A DNA stretch of 62,846 nucleotides, the filler included. It is 5 parts of 5 records of this genome, joined end to end, with 100 filler letters (N's around TTAATTAATTAA, not from the genome) between each part and the next. Parts side by side here need not be neighbours in the genome. Positions count along the whole stretch, not along the records: positions 27,585 to 40,795 come from DRR723986_9002; 4 more parts are not named here. One strand, written 5' to 3'. The notes beneath the pieces are model-generated. The model saw nothing but the letters and a program-made list of their open reading frames with translations, was not told the DNA's origin and made no database searches. Made by a program: the position numbers and the translations under genes. This document shows, piece after piece, positions 27,851 through 37,709 of the stretch. The first letter of the stretch is position 1. Each line of letters starts with the position of its first letter.

Positions 27851-27946
27851 TGGCGAAAGAGCGTGGGAGTCGAACCCACCAGAGACGTTGTACGCCCCTC
27901 ACTGGATTTGAAATCCAGGCGCCCCACCAGGGTGCGATCCTCTTCC
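27851..27946 (-). tRNA. selC: tRNA-Sec (anticodon UCA), 96 nt
   Basis: GGAAGAGG...CTGGA-TTTCAAA-TCCAG, long variable arm, GTGGG-TTCGACT-CCCAC, GCCA end; begins 3 nt after the selB stop. Confidence 0.96.
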
Positions 27947-27949
27947 ATA

Positions 27950-29887
27950 CTAACCATCATGTGGTACCTTAAAAACATCGTCGGCGGAACGCCGAATGCG
28001 CCGCACATTACCGTTCCTTTCTGTGAAGCCCACCCGGTCGAAATACTCCAGAACATCTATGATAAAATTTCGGCCCAGCTCAGTCTGATCCCGATAGTCA
28101 ACTGTCGTGAAATAGCCGTCGGGGCAATGTGTCGCCAACCGCTCGGCCACGGCCCCGAGCTTGGTCAGATAGGGTTTCGGGACATAGCGATTTTTGCCAA
28201 TCAGAACCATGTCGCCAAATTTGCAGGCCGTTTTCAATGCCGCTTCGAGCGTTTTGACATCAACACACAGATCTTCTGCGGCATGATGCAGGCTGAGCGG
28301 CGTACCTGACTGTGGTGCCAGTTTGGGAGCCACACGTGCCAATAGCTGCTGGTCGCGTTTGGAGAATTGGATACTGTGCGACCGCAAATGAAAGCGATTG
28401 CCCCGCATGCACAACCGCTGATCCTTGGTCAGGGCGGCCAAGGCATCTTCAAGAGCAGCGACTTCGATCCGGGGGGCGAGTGACAATCGAATGTCCTTGA
28501 TGCTTGCACCGGGCGACGTCGGTCTGGACAGGTGAAAGGTTTCAACGGCTTGGACAATTTTGGCCTGTAACGCTTGCCATTGTGTTTCGCAGAAAACCCG
28601 TTGATCAGGGCCTTGGCCCACACGCTGCAAGCCAAGCGCGTCAACAAGCGTGTCGATCCGGGGGGCGGGAAGATTGTGCGCAACAGAAAACGGCGCGATC
28701 AGGACGCCGGTTTCACTGACCTCAGTCCATGCACGCAGTGCAGCAAGGGTTGATGAATGCCTCAGGGCGTTCAGGGCTGCGAGCCGGGCGGGCCGGGCGC
28801 GGCCACGTTTGGGGGAAAACGGATCAATCACCCGACCACCGGCTATGGTGCGTTGCGCAGATTGATCGCGCAGCACAAAATGGTCACCATGAAGGGCGAA
28901 GGCGTCGCGCGATGCCACCAGTTGCGCCAATCCGCACGCGCCTGCGGGAATGGCACCGCCCGATAATACCGCGACTCGAGCCGAGAGGTGGTCCGCACCG
29001 ATATGCAGATGCGTGGGGGTCCAGTGTTTGAGCGGACCATCTTCGCTCTCCAGCACCTGCAACTCGACGTCGATACGCCGCGTCGGGGCATACAGGCTGG
29101 ACTGCATGAGCCAGTTTCCCCGCCGGATCCGGTGTTCACTTAGGCCGCGCCCAGCAATGTTTATCGCGCATCTCTCACCGGCTTTGGCACAGTTGCTTTC
29201 ACTATTGTGCACTCTGATCCCGCGCACTCTGACACTGGACCCATCAGCCGAGAGTATCAGCTCGTCGCCGGTGTGGATGGCGCCGGAAAACACCATACCC
29301 GTTGCAACCAAGCCAATGCCTTTGAGTGTAAACACCCGATCAATGGCCATGCGGAAATGGTGATTTACATTCCGGCTGCGCGCCTCCTTTTTGCGCGCCC
29401 GAAGTGCTTTCATCAGCGCGTCGATTCCCTCGTTATCGAGCGCGCAGACGGGATAGATGGCAGTGCCTTCATGTCCTCCCTCCCCCAGGAGTTCGCTCAC
29501 TTGATCCGTAACCTCCTGAACGCGCGCAGGTGAGACGCGATCAATCTTGGTCAGTGCGACGATGTAGTGGCGCATACCCAACAGGCCAAGTATGGCCAGA
29601 TGCTCGCGTGTTTGCGGCATCACCCCATCGTCGGCAGCGACCACAAGCAAACCCAGATCGATGCCGGCGACACCGGCCAGCATGTTGCGAATGAACTTCT
29701 CATGTCCCGGAACATCGACAAACCCCAAAATCGCATCGTCATCGGGCAGACTGTGATAGGCAAACCCGAGGTCCACAGACAAGCCACGGGCCTTTTCCTC
29801 GGGCAGACGGTCTGTATCCACGCCAGTCAGCGCCTTGACCAGCTCGGTCTTGCCGTGGTCCACATGTCCTGCCGTTGCTATGATCAT
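27950..29887 (-). CDS. selB: Selenocysteine-specific elongation factor
   Basis: [30 protein letters not shown]-terminal winged helix ([18 protein letters not shown]). Confidence 0.97.
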   Translation of the reverse strand: MIIATAGHVDHGKTELVKALTGVDTDRLPEEKARGLSVDLGFAYHSLPDDDAILGFVDVPGHEKFIRNMLAGVAGIDLGLLVVAADDGVMPQTREHLAILGLLGMRHYIVALTKIDRVSPARVQEVTDQVSELLGEGGHEGTAIYPVCALDNEGIDALMKALRARKKEARSRNVNHHFRMAIDRVFTLKGIGLVATGMVFSGAIHTGDELILSADGSSVRVRGIRVHNSESNCAKAGERCAINIAGRGLSEHRIRRGNWLMQSSLYAPTRRIDVELQVLESEDGPLKHWTPTHLHIGADHLSARVAVLSGGAIPAGACGLAQLVASRDAFALHGDHFVLRDQSAQRTIAGGRVIDPFSPKRGRARPARLAALNALRHSSTLAALRAWTEVSETGVLIAPFSVAHNLPAPRIDTLVDALGLQRVGQGPDQRVFCETQWQALQAKIVQAVETFHLSRPTSPGASIKDIRLSLAPRIEVAALEDALAALTKDQRLCMRGNRFHLRSHSIQFSKRDQQLLARVAPKLAPQSGTPLSLHHAAEDLCVDVKTLEAALKTACKFGDMVLIGKNRYVPKPYLTKLGAVAERLATHCPDGYFTTVDYRDQTELGRNFIIDVLEYFDRVGFTERNGNVRRIRRSADDVFKVPHDG

Positions 29888-31278
29888 TGTGCCGTCAGGC
29901 CCGCCAGATTTTCAACAAAACCGTCTTCATCTTCGAGGCATCTGAGATCAAACCACAGGGCATCATCGGAAATGCGCCCGATCACCGGAACCAGCAAGCC
30001 CCGAAAGGCCTTCGCGAGCCTGTTCAGAACGGCTCCGGGGCGGCGCAGATCAGGCCGCGTTATCTTCAACGCTGTGCTTTCCAATCTATCAATGGGCAAG
30101 GCTCCGCTGCCCACTTGGGCGTAGGTCTGCGCCACCGCAACGTCGAAGGGTTGGCAACACTCCTGAACGGGGATGACCAGACGCATCGCCAAGTGTTCAA
30201 TCTCTGCAGGGTCACGCATCAAAAGGCGCAGTGCCGGCAGCTCTTCCACCAGCCGCTCGGGGTTGGTGTAGAGCTGCAGAACGGCCTGCAGGGCGGCCAG
30301 GGTGAGTTTGTCGGGCCGCATGGCCCGGGTCATCGGGTTGCGCTTGAGCCTGTCGATCAGATCGCGACGGCCGGCAATGATGCCTGCCTGCGGTCCGCCA
30401 AGCAGCTTGTCACCGCTAAAGGTCACCAGATCGGCCCCGGCTTGCAAGGCCTCGGTGACGGTTGTTTCATGCGGTAGATTGTAGGGTTCCAGATCAATCA
30501 GAGTGCCGCTGCCCAGATCCGTGACAAGGGGCAGATCATGGCGATGTGCGATCTCGGCAAGGTCTTGTTCCGACACGTTCTTGGTGAAGCCTTGCATTTC
30601 AAAATTGCTGGTATGAACCTTCATCAGCAAGGCAGTTCTGGGGCCAATCGCAGCCTCAAAATCGACGTCATGTGTACGATTGGTGGTGCCAACTTCCACC
30701 AGCTTGCAGCCTGCACGGGCCATGATGTCTGGCATGCGGAAGGCTCCGCCGATCTCGATCAGCTCACCCCGTGACACCGGCACCTCTTTGCGCTGCGCCA
30801 GGCTGTTGAGCGTCAGCAACACGGCTGCTGCATTGTTGTTAACAACAAGCGCGCCTTCTGCCCCGGTTAACTGGCACAGCAGAGCTTCGGCATGCCTATG
30901 CCGATCACCGCGTTTGCCCGTTTCCAAATTAAATTCCACGTTACTTGCGCCACGCGAAACATCCACCATCGCCTGTATCGCGGATTGAGGCAGGGGCGCG
31001 CGACCAAGGTTGGTGTGCAGCACAGTGCCTGTCAGATTGTAAACCGGTCGGAGTGAGGGGAGCAAAATATGTTCAATCTCTTCAGACAGCGATTGGATCA
31101 GCGCAGCCATATCCGTAGATTCACCAGCCAGCACCCTAAGGCGCACCCGCGCCAAGATACCCTGCGTACAGCGTGTGACCAAGGCCAGGCCATGATCACG
31201 CACGAGTTTCTGCACAGCTGGCGTGTTCACAAGGCGATCCACCGAAGGCAGATGTTGTGGCGCCTCTATGCGTGTCAT
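29884..31278 (-). CDS. selA: L-seryl-tRNA(Sec) selenium transferase
   Basis: [43 protein letters not shown] (PLP Lys); ATG 31278 has an AGGAG Shine-Dalgarno. Confidence 0.97.
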   Translation of the reverse strand: MTRIEAPQHLPSVDRLVNTPAVQKLVRDHGLALVTRCTQGILARVRLRVLAGESTDMAALIQSLSEEIEHILLPSLRPVYNLTGTVLHTNLGRAPLPQSAIQAMVDVSRGASNVEFNLETGKRGDRHRHAEALLCQLTGAEGALVVNNNAAAVLLTLNSLAQRKEVPVSRGELIEIGGAFRMPDIMARAGCKLVEVGTTNRTHDVDFEAAIGPRTALLMKVHTSNFEMQGFTKNVSEQDLAEIAHRHDLPLVTDLGSGTLIDLEPYNLPHETTVTEALQAGADLVTFSGDKLLGGPQAGIIAGRRDLIDRLKRNPMTRAMRPDKLTLAALQAVLQLYTNPERLVEELPALRLLMRDPAEIEHLAMRLVIPVQECCQPFDVAVAQTYAQVGSGALPIDRLESTALKITRPDLRRPGAVLNRLAKAFRGLLVPVIGRISDDALWFDLRCLEDEDGFVENLAGLTAQ

Positions 31279-31314
31279 CTCTACTCCTTTTAGCAGCTGC
31301 AATCCGAAAGTATT

Positions 31315-31674
31315 TCACGCGATCATATCTTTATAAGCTGCCTCGTCCATCAGGGCATCCAGAACCGCCATATCAGCCAGTTTGATCTTGAAAAACCAAG
31401 CCGCACCGGTCGGATCTTCGTTCACCAGACTAGGCGCCTCCACCAGCGCTTCGTTCACAGCGACAATTTCACCATCATACATCGCCGAAATCTCACTCGC
31501 TGCCTTGACGCTTTCGATGACAACAATCTCGTCTCCCCGACTTACAAGCGTGCCCGGTTCCGGCAATTCGACAAAGACAACATCGCCCAATTGTTCAGTT
31601 GCGTGTTCTGTGATTCCGACAACCACGATATCGCCCTCAACCCTAAGCCAGTCATGTTCTTCGGTGTATTTCAT
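31315..31674 (-). CDS. gcvH: Glycine cleavage H-like lipoyl carrier protein
   Basis: [33 protein letters not shown] (lipoyl Lys), VNEDP...WFFK. Confidence 0.95.
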   Translation of the reverse strand: MKYTEEHDWLRVEGDIVVVGITEHATEQLGDVVFVELPEPGTLVSRGDEIVVIESVKAASEISAMYDGEIVAVNEALVEAPSLVNEDPTGAAWFFKIKLADMAVLDALMDEAAYKDMIA

Positions 31675-31843
31675 CAGCTTATTTTCCCGTTGGGCGCACT
31701 TGCGTTGCACAGGTCTTGGCAACCTGCCCAGCATCTCAAGGGCACGAAATTCATGTATCGAAAGTCAAGATTGACCCGGCCTTCAACATTTAGGCAAGCA
31801 AAACTTGTTGACAGGTAGATTAAGTAATGCTGAAGATGACAAC

Positions 31844-32731
31844 ATGAATGCTCCTTTGATCCCCGGCTCGATGCGATTTGAGATTGACGTGTTGAAGACG
31901 TTCATCGCGGTGGCTGATACCGGTTCGGTCAAGCTCGCATCTGAACGTGTTGCGCGGTCGTCTGCGGCTGTGTCTATGCAAATGAAAAAGCTGGAACGGC
32001 TGATTGGTGCCCCTGTTTTCCAACGCTCTGACGGGGCCATGCGCCTATCTGCAGCCGGCGAACGTTTAGTGCCTCATGCACACCGTATTGTGCAGGCGCA
32101 CGATACAGCTGTCAGCGAACTGCACAGCCCGGATATCGAAGGGGAGGTGCGCGTCGGCATATGCCTGGAGAATGCCGAGACCCGCATGCCCGAGATATTG
32201 GCCGGGTTTTCCAAAGCGCACTCGCGTGTCACCGTTGAAATAATTTCGGGTGACGCACAGGATTTGGCTGCGATGCTGGCGAAAGAGGAACTTGACGTTG
32301 CGATTTTGACCATCGGCGGTGGCGCGCCACCAGACGAAAGAGATCGGCTGCTCCATGAGCAACCTCTGGTTTGGGCTGCGCATAAGAACGGACAGCGCAG
32401 CCAAGAACGTCCTTTGCGCTTGGCGGTTGCATCCGTTGGTTGCCCATGGCGTCTCGCGGCTCTCGATGCTCTGAAACGTGCTGGAATTCCCTATCGAATT
32501 GCCTATCTTTCAAATGTTTCAGAATCGCAGCTCGCAGCGATCCGGGCGGATCTTGCAGTGGCCGCACTACCGCTCAGCCGCATTACCAATTGCACCCAAC
32601 CCATTTGTGTGAACGAGGACCTGCCCAAGCTTCCATACACGCAAATCGTGCTCCGAACCGCCGTCAATCCGGGCGAAAACGCAAGAGCTCTTGCAGCACA
32701 AGTTCTCTCGGCTTTCAATCGACCGCCTTAA
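31844..32731 (+). CDS. LysR-family regulator, divergent from gcvH-sel
   Basis: LKTFIAVADTGS...RSSAAVSMQMKKLE HTH plus substrate-binding domain; start uncertain (31844 or 31871). Confidence 0.93.
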   Translation: MNAPLIPGSMRFEIDVLKTFIAVADTGSVKLASERVARSSAAVSMQMKKLERLIGAPVFQRSDGAMRLSAAGERLVPHAHRIVQAHDTAVSELHSPDIEGEVRVGICLENAETRMPEILAGFSKAHSRVTVEIISGDAQDLAAMLAKEELDVAILTIGGGAPPDERDRLLHEQPLVWAAHKNGQRSQERPLRLAVASVGCPWRLAALDALKRAGIPYRIAYLSNVSESQLAAIRADLAVAALPLSRITNCTQPICVNEDLPKLPYTQIVLRTAVNPGENARALAAQVLSAFNRPP

Positions 32732-32950
32732 GCGACGGCACTTGGGCGAGATGTCGATGCTGCGGCCCCTACGAATAAGCGACCCCCAAAAGGCTGCTTT
32801 GAAGCGGATTTCTACCATTCATGCACTCTGCAGAATCGGTCGGTTTGGGCTCCTTCCGGATGTTCGCCGCGGCGGTACCGGCATGTGATAGGCTGCCGAG
32901 CCAACGTCTGGTTGGCGCTGTGGCGGGGCGTGTGGATCGGAGGAACCATC

Positions 32951-33583
32951 ATGCAAACACCAAACTTACCTGCCGTTCGCGCTCTCCGCCCCGCCTGGAA
33001 CAAGGGGCGCATCGTCGGGCAGAAACGACCTCTCCTGCCAAAACACGTCTGGGCGATCCGTGTGCGCCTTGAGATTGCCGGGAACCTTCGCGATCTGGCG
33101 CTGTTCAATCTTGCCATCGACAGCAAATTGCGAGGATGCGATCTGGTCAAACTGAAGGTCGCTGACGTCTACGCGGCCGGTCAGGTTAAGGAGCGGGCCT
33201 CAATCATCCAGAGCAAGACACGGAAACCCGTCCGTTTCGAGATCACCGAGGGCACGCGAAAGTCGCTGCTGGGCTGGATGGACGAGCCGTTGATGATCGG
33301 ATCTGAATACCTCTGGCCGGGGCGGTTTCACGAGCGGTTGCACATCTCGACCCGGCAGTACGCTCGCCTGGTCCGGGATTGGGTAAAATCGATCGGTTTG
33401 GAGCCGAGCTCGTACGGTACCCATTCGATGCGGCGAACGAAGGTTGCGCAGATCTACCGGAAGACCGGGAACCTTCGCGCGGTGCAACTCCTCTTGGGCC
33501 ACACCAAGATGGACAGCACGGTGCGGTATCTTGGCGTCGAGCTGGAAGACGCGCTCGCGATCTCTGAAGCCGTTGAAATCTAA
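32951..33583 (+). CDS. Minimal (210 aa) tyrosine recombinase/integrase
   Basis: Catalytic set R (KLRGCDL), K (QSKT), HxxR (HSMRR), H (LLGH), Y (VRYLG); GGAGG Shine-Dalgarno before ATG 32951. Confidence 0.92.
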   Translation: MQTPNLPAVRALRPAWNKGRIVGQKRPLLPKHVWAIRVRLEIAGNLRDLALFNLAIDSKLRGCDLVKLKVADVYAAGQVKERASIIQSKTRKPVRFEITEGTRKSLLGWMDEPLMIGSEYLWPGRFHERLHISTRQYARLVRDWVKSIGLEPSSYGTHSMRRTKVAQIYRKTGNLRAVQLLLGHTKMDSTVRYLGVELEDALAISEAVEI

Positions 33584-33589
33584 TCCACC

Positions 33590-33821
33590 GGGCCGCCCTT
33601 CATGGACGGCCCAGACCCGCCTTCCATCGTTGTTTCAAACGCTGCGTAGCAGCTTTCCCGAAGCGGACGTTGGTGGCCAACGCAGCTAATCTTACAATCG
33701 GACGGCCGCGAAGCGGGACAGACCGGACTTGTGCAAACGCAGCTATTGCTGATGCAGAAAGCTCTCGCTCGTGCGCGGGGAAACTTCGGCGGCGCGGCAG
33801 GGTTCGCCAAACCCGCCGTTC
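33590..33821. repeat. Degenerate short repeats and hairpins downstream of the recombinase
   Basis: ACCCGCCTTC 33615, AGCGGACGTTG 33662, ACCGGACTTG 33722, ACCCGCCGTTC 33811; AACGCAGCTA at 33679 and 33736; hairpins at 33590-33612 and 33641-33653. Confidence 0.5.
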
Positions 33822-33844
33822 AAGCGCTGCGAACCCGCAGGCTT

Positions 33845-34729
33845 CTAGTCTGGCCCATCGCTGCGATCGTTTTCAGCCCGCAACCATTCTAGAAATGCGC
33901 GTGCTCCCTGAGACACCTGCTGATCCGTGAAAACGACAAAGTAACCCGCGTTTTCAACTCTGACATCGGACAATCTGACAAGCGTTCCATCGTTTAGTTC
34001 AGGCGCGACCAGATCATCCCAAAGGGCGATCCCCTGGCCATCCACCACCGCCTGAACGCGGCTGTTTGAGTCTGGGATGGTTAAGCTGGACCGGCTGGGC
34101 GCGTAAGGCAGCCCCGCGGCTTTGTGCCAGGCCTGCCAACCCGCATCGCCGGAGCTGTCGCCCAAGAGCGGAAGTTGTTTGACCGCCTCGGCCAGTCCAA
34201 GCTGCCTTACCTGCTCAGCGACTGCGCGGTTTGCGGTTGGCACGGCAGGCAGGGACAGAAGAAGTTCGCTTTTTTGGTCCTCCCAGCCGCCAATTCCCCA
34301 GAGGACGGCGATGTCCACGTGTACGCTCTTCAGCATGTCCAAAGAACTGATGGGTTCGATCCGCAGGCTGATACCGGGATTGGCCTCGAAGAAGCGGGTG
34401 AGCCTTGGCGACAGCCAGCGTGACGAGAAATAGGTCAGCGCGCCAACGGTCACGGCGCCTGTGGCCGGTCCGCGCAGGTCTTCGATTTCACGGTCGATCT
34501 GGCTCAGGGCCGTTTGGGACACATGCCACAACCTGCGCCCTTCCTCCGTCAGTTCCAGTTTGGCGTGCGCGCGCTCGAACAGGCGAAAGCCGAGCTCGGC
34601 TTCAAGCTTGCCCACTTGGTAACTGATCGATCCTTTCGATTGATGCACCTCGTCCGCCGCTTTGGTCATCGACAGATTGCGGGCAACAGCATCAAAGATC
34701 TTGAGGGCATCATAAGAACGAAAGCGCAT
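33845..34729 (-). CDS. LysR-family regulator (GcvA-like)
   Basis: N-terminal HTH, WLSPRLTRF, AVVDGQGIAL; divergent from the catabolic cluster. Confidence 0.93.
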   Translation of the reverse strand: MRFRSYDALKIFDAVARNLSMTKAADEVHQSKGSISYQVGKLEAELGFRLFERAHAKLELTEEGRRLWHVSQTALSQIDREIEDLRGPATGAVTVGALTYFSSRWLSPRLTRFFEANPGISLRIEPISSLDMLKSVHVDIAVLWGIGGWEDQKSELLLSLPAVPTANRAVAEQVRQLGLAEAVKQLPLLGDSSGDAGWQAWHKAAGLPYAPSRSSLTIPDSNSRVQAVVDGQGIALWDDLVAPELNDGTLVRLSDVRVENAGYFVVFTDQQVSQGARAFLEWLRAENDRSDGPD

Positions 34730-34881
34730 GTATATTGTCTAATTTTTTCAAACGACTTGTGCAAATCATTAGATTTGCGCCAAGCGCATCTGGCCCAATA
34801 CATTTAATCTAATGCGTGGCACCCATCTGTCCTTGTCGAAGATCACCCGCAGGCGTCTAACAACTCCGAACGGTAAACAAC

Positions 34882-36093
34882 ATGACAACCGACCTCTCCC
34901 ACTATCGTTTCGTCGCCAAGGCTTTGCTGAACAAGGGCGCGCGCCCGCGCGAGCTTGCCCGGACAATGCCTGCCCATCCGCTGAGCTACATGGAACTGCC
35001 CTTTGATCCCGAATACACGCTCTACAATTCGCGCCTGACGCCAGAGAAGCTCGACACGGCCACGGATGACGAAATGTATTGGGCCGTGCGCACCAACGTC
35101 ATCTTTCGTCACACCGGCGAGTTGCCGATCGAGATCAGCGGGCCGGATGCGGAAAAGCTTCTGAACAAGGTGTTTACTCGGAGCGTCAGCATGGTGAAGC
35201 CGGGCCGCTGCTCCTATCAATTCGCCTGCTATCACGATGGCGGCATGATCACCGATGGCGTGCTGCTGCGGCTGTCGCAGGACAGGTTCTGGATGGCGCA
35301 AGCCGATGGCGACCTCTTCAGCTGGTATAAGGCCCATGCCGAGGGGCTGGACGTGAAGATCCATGACCCCAACGTCTGGGTCAGCCAGATCCAGGGGCCA
35401 AGGTCACTGGAATTGCTGGCTACGGTACTGGACGGACCTATGCCCGATCCTTTCCGCTATTTCGATTGCGCTGAGGTCTCCATCGCGGGCCAGATTTGTT
35501 GGATTAGCCGCTCGGGCTTCACCAATGAATTGGGCTGGGAGGTCTACCTGCTGCCCGACACCGACATCCCGGCTATCGGCGACCGGATCATGGAGGTCGG
35601 TGCGGCATTCGGCATACTGCTGACCGGAACGCCGGTGTTTCGCGCGCGGCGGATTGAGGCCGGGTTGCTCAACGCGGGGTCGGACTTCGGAGCGGAGACG
35701 ACCCCGTTTGAGGCAGGGCTTGGCGGTTTTGTCGAGTTTGACGACCGCGATTTCATCGGCCGCAATGCACTGGAGGCCGCCGATAAATCCTGCCGCACCT
35801 GGGGCATGCGGGTCACCGGCGGCGTGGGGCAGCTTGGCCGTGTCATGACAGTTGATGGCAAGGTGGTCGGCCGGGTCTGTTCCTCGGGCTATTCGCCGTA
35901 TCAAGGCTGTGGTGTTTGCATCGTTCGCATGGATGACCCTGCGCAGGGGCCCGGCACGCAGGTCGATGTGCTCTGCGCCGATGGTTCCACCCAGAGCGGC
36001 GAACTTTGCACCCTGCCGATGTATGACGCGGACCGGCTCATTCCGCGCGGCAAGCTTGTCGACATCCCCACAAGCCCAATAGCGGCAGAATGA
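34882..36093 (+). CDS. GcvT/DmdA-like THF-dependent aminomethyl-/methyltransferase
   Basis: IEISGPDA, GGMITDGV, QIQGPRS, SRSGFTNELGWEVY, RRIEAGLL. Confidence 0.88.
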   Translation: MTTDLSHYRFVAKALLNKGARPRELARTMPAHPLSYMELPFDPEYTLYNSRLTPEKLDTATDDEMYWAVRTNVIFRHTGELPIEISGPDAEKLLNKVFTRSVSMVKPGRCSYQFACYHDGGMITDGVLLRLSQDRFWMAQADGDLFSWYKAHAEGLDVKIHDPNVWVSQIQGPRSLELLATVLDGPMPDPFRYFDCAEVSIAGQICWISRSGFTNELGWEVYLLPDTDIPAIGDRIMEVGAAFGILLTGTPVFRARRIEAGLLNAGSDFGAETTPFEAGLGGFVEFDDRDFIGRNALEAADKSCRTWGMRVTGGVGQLGRVMTVDGKVVGRVCSSGYSPYQGCGVCIVRMDDPAQGPGTQVDVLCADGSTQSGELCTLPMYDADRLIPRGKLVDIPTSPIAAE

Positions 36094-37709
36094 CCATGTA
36101 TGACCTAACGCTCACCACCTCGCACTTCCCGGCGCAGAATGATGCAGAAATTCGCGACATCACGGTTGGCGGGTTGCTGCGAGAGGTGGCGGCCACCCAT
36201 CCGGACGCGGTGGGAATCGTGGATGTAGCGGACAACGGCGACTGCGGCCAGTCATGGACCTATGCGGAGGTGCTGGCGCAGGCCGAGCGCCTTGCCAAGG
36301 CCCTCGCCACCCGGTTCGAAGCGGGTGAAAGGGTCGTCGTCTGGGCACCTAACATCCCGGAATGGATTTTGATGGAATATGCCTGCGGGCTAGCCGGGTT
36401 GGTTCTGGTCACGGCCAACCCGTCCTTTCAGGCCTCTGAACTCAGGTATGTTCTGGAGCAATCCGGTGCCGTCGGGCTGTTCATGGTGGACGGGTTCCGA
36501 GGCAACCCGATGGCTGAGATTGCGCGCGAGGCAATGAGCGGCAACACAGCATTGCGCGAGGTCGTTAACCTGGAAGACGAGGATGCGCTCTATACACATG
36601 GGGAGCGGCCCGCCAACCTGCCAGATGTCCAGCCGGATGATGCTGCGCAGATTCAATACACGTCGGGGACAACGGGTTTCCCGAAAGGCGCGGTGCTCAG
36701 CCACAAGAACCTTGTGAACAACGCGCGGCTGTTCTGCGCGCGCAAGCAGGTTGGGCCGCACTCGGTCTGGGCCAACTTCATGCCGCTCTTTCACACGGCG
36801 GGCTGCGCGACGGGGGCTTTGGGGTGCCTTCAGGCCTCTGCCAAGATGCTGTTGATCAAGCGGTTCGACGCGGATGTCTTTGCGCGATTGATCGAGGAAC
36901 AGGGCGTCACAACCTGTTTCGCCGTTCCCACCATGCTGTTCAACCTGCTGGAGGCGCTTGATCGGACCCCGCGCGACATGTCCTCGCTTGAGGTCATCAC
37001 GACGGGCGGCGCGCCGGTGCCACCCGATCTAGTCCGCCGGGTGCGGGACCGTCTGGGCTGTCACCTGCTCAGCGCTTTTGGGCAGACGGAGCACAGCCCG
37101 ATGATCTGCCTGAACCCTGTCGAGGCCACGCTTGAACAGATCGTAGAGACGGCAGGCCAACCACTGCCACAGACAGAGGTTTCGATCCGTTCACCTGAAG
37201 ACAATCGGGTGCTCTCAATAGGTGAAGTCGGCGAGATTTGCGCGCGGTCCTACGCCGTGATGATCGGCTATAACGACAACCCGGAGGCCACTGCCGCCGC
37301 CATCGATAGCGAAGGTTGGCTGCATACCGGCGATCTGGGCACGATGGATGCCCAGGGGTTCGTGCGGGTGACTGGCCGTGTGAAGGACATGATCATACGC
37401 GGCGGCGAAAACCATTTCCCGGCCGAGATCGAAGCGGTGTTGGTGACCCACAGGCATGTGGCACAAGTCGCCGTGGCTGGCCTGCCGGACGAGAAATGGG
37501 GAGAGGTGATCGCTGCATTCATCCTGTCCGACCAACCGCTCGACGTGGCCGATTTGCGCACCCACTGCCGGGCGCATCTGTCCGCGCAGAAAACGCCATC
37601 AATCTGGGTGCGCGTGCCGGACTTCCCTCTGACAGGTTCCGGCAAAGTGCAGAAATTCGCCATTCGTGAGACCTTCCTCGCAGGCAACTACGGAGAGGTT
37701 CTACAATGA
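36090..37709 (+). CDS. Acyl-CoA synthetase (AMP-forming), paralog 1
   Basis: QYTSGTTGFPKG, FGQTE, WLHTGDLG, GRVKDMIIRGGEN, TGSGKVQK. Confidence 0.93.
   Translation: MTMYDLTLTTSHFPAQNDAEIRDITVGGLLREVAATHPDAVGIVDVADNGDCGQSWTYAEVLAQAERLAKALATRFEAGERVVVWAPNIPEWILMEYACGLAGLVLVTANPSFQASELRYVLEQSGAVGLFMVDGFRGNPMAEIAREAMSGNTALREVVNLEDEDALYTHGERPANLPDVQPDDAAQIQYTSGTTGFPKGAVLSHKNLVNNARLFCARKQVGPHSVWANFMPLFHTAGCATGALGCLQASAKMLLIKRFDADVFARLIEEQGVTTCFAVPTMLFNLLEALDRTPRDMSSLEVITTGGAPVPPDLVRRVRDRLGCHLLSAFGQTEHSPMICLNPVEATLEQIVETAGQPLPQTEVSIRSPEDNRVLSIGEVGEICARSYAVMIGYNDNPEATAAAIDSEGWLHTGDLGTMDAQGFVRVTGRVKDMIIRGGENHFPAEIEAVLVTHRHVAQVAVAGLPDEKWGEVIAAFILSDQPLDVADLRTHCRAHLSAQKTPSIWVRVPDFPLTGSGKVQKFAIRETFLAGNYGEVLQ

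Noticed and set aside
31674-31754. 26-codon ORF ([16 protein letters not shown]...) whose stop overlaps the gcvH start
   Set aside because: No Shine-Dalgarno or recognisable homology; cannot be told apart from chance.
32951-33821. Classical integron (IntI plus attC)
   Set aside because: The protein is too short and lacks the IntI-specific insertion; I found no convincing RYYYAAC...GTTRRRY-bounded attC sites.
34882-36093. Calling this gene dmdA or gcvT
   Set aside because: Family membership is clear, but diagnostic motifs diverge, and neither gcvP nor a dmdC-like dehydrogenase is visible.
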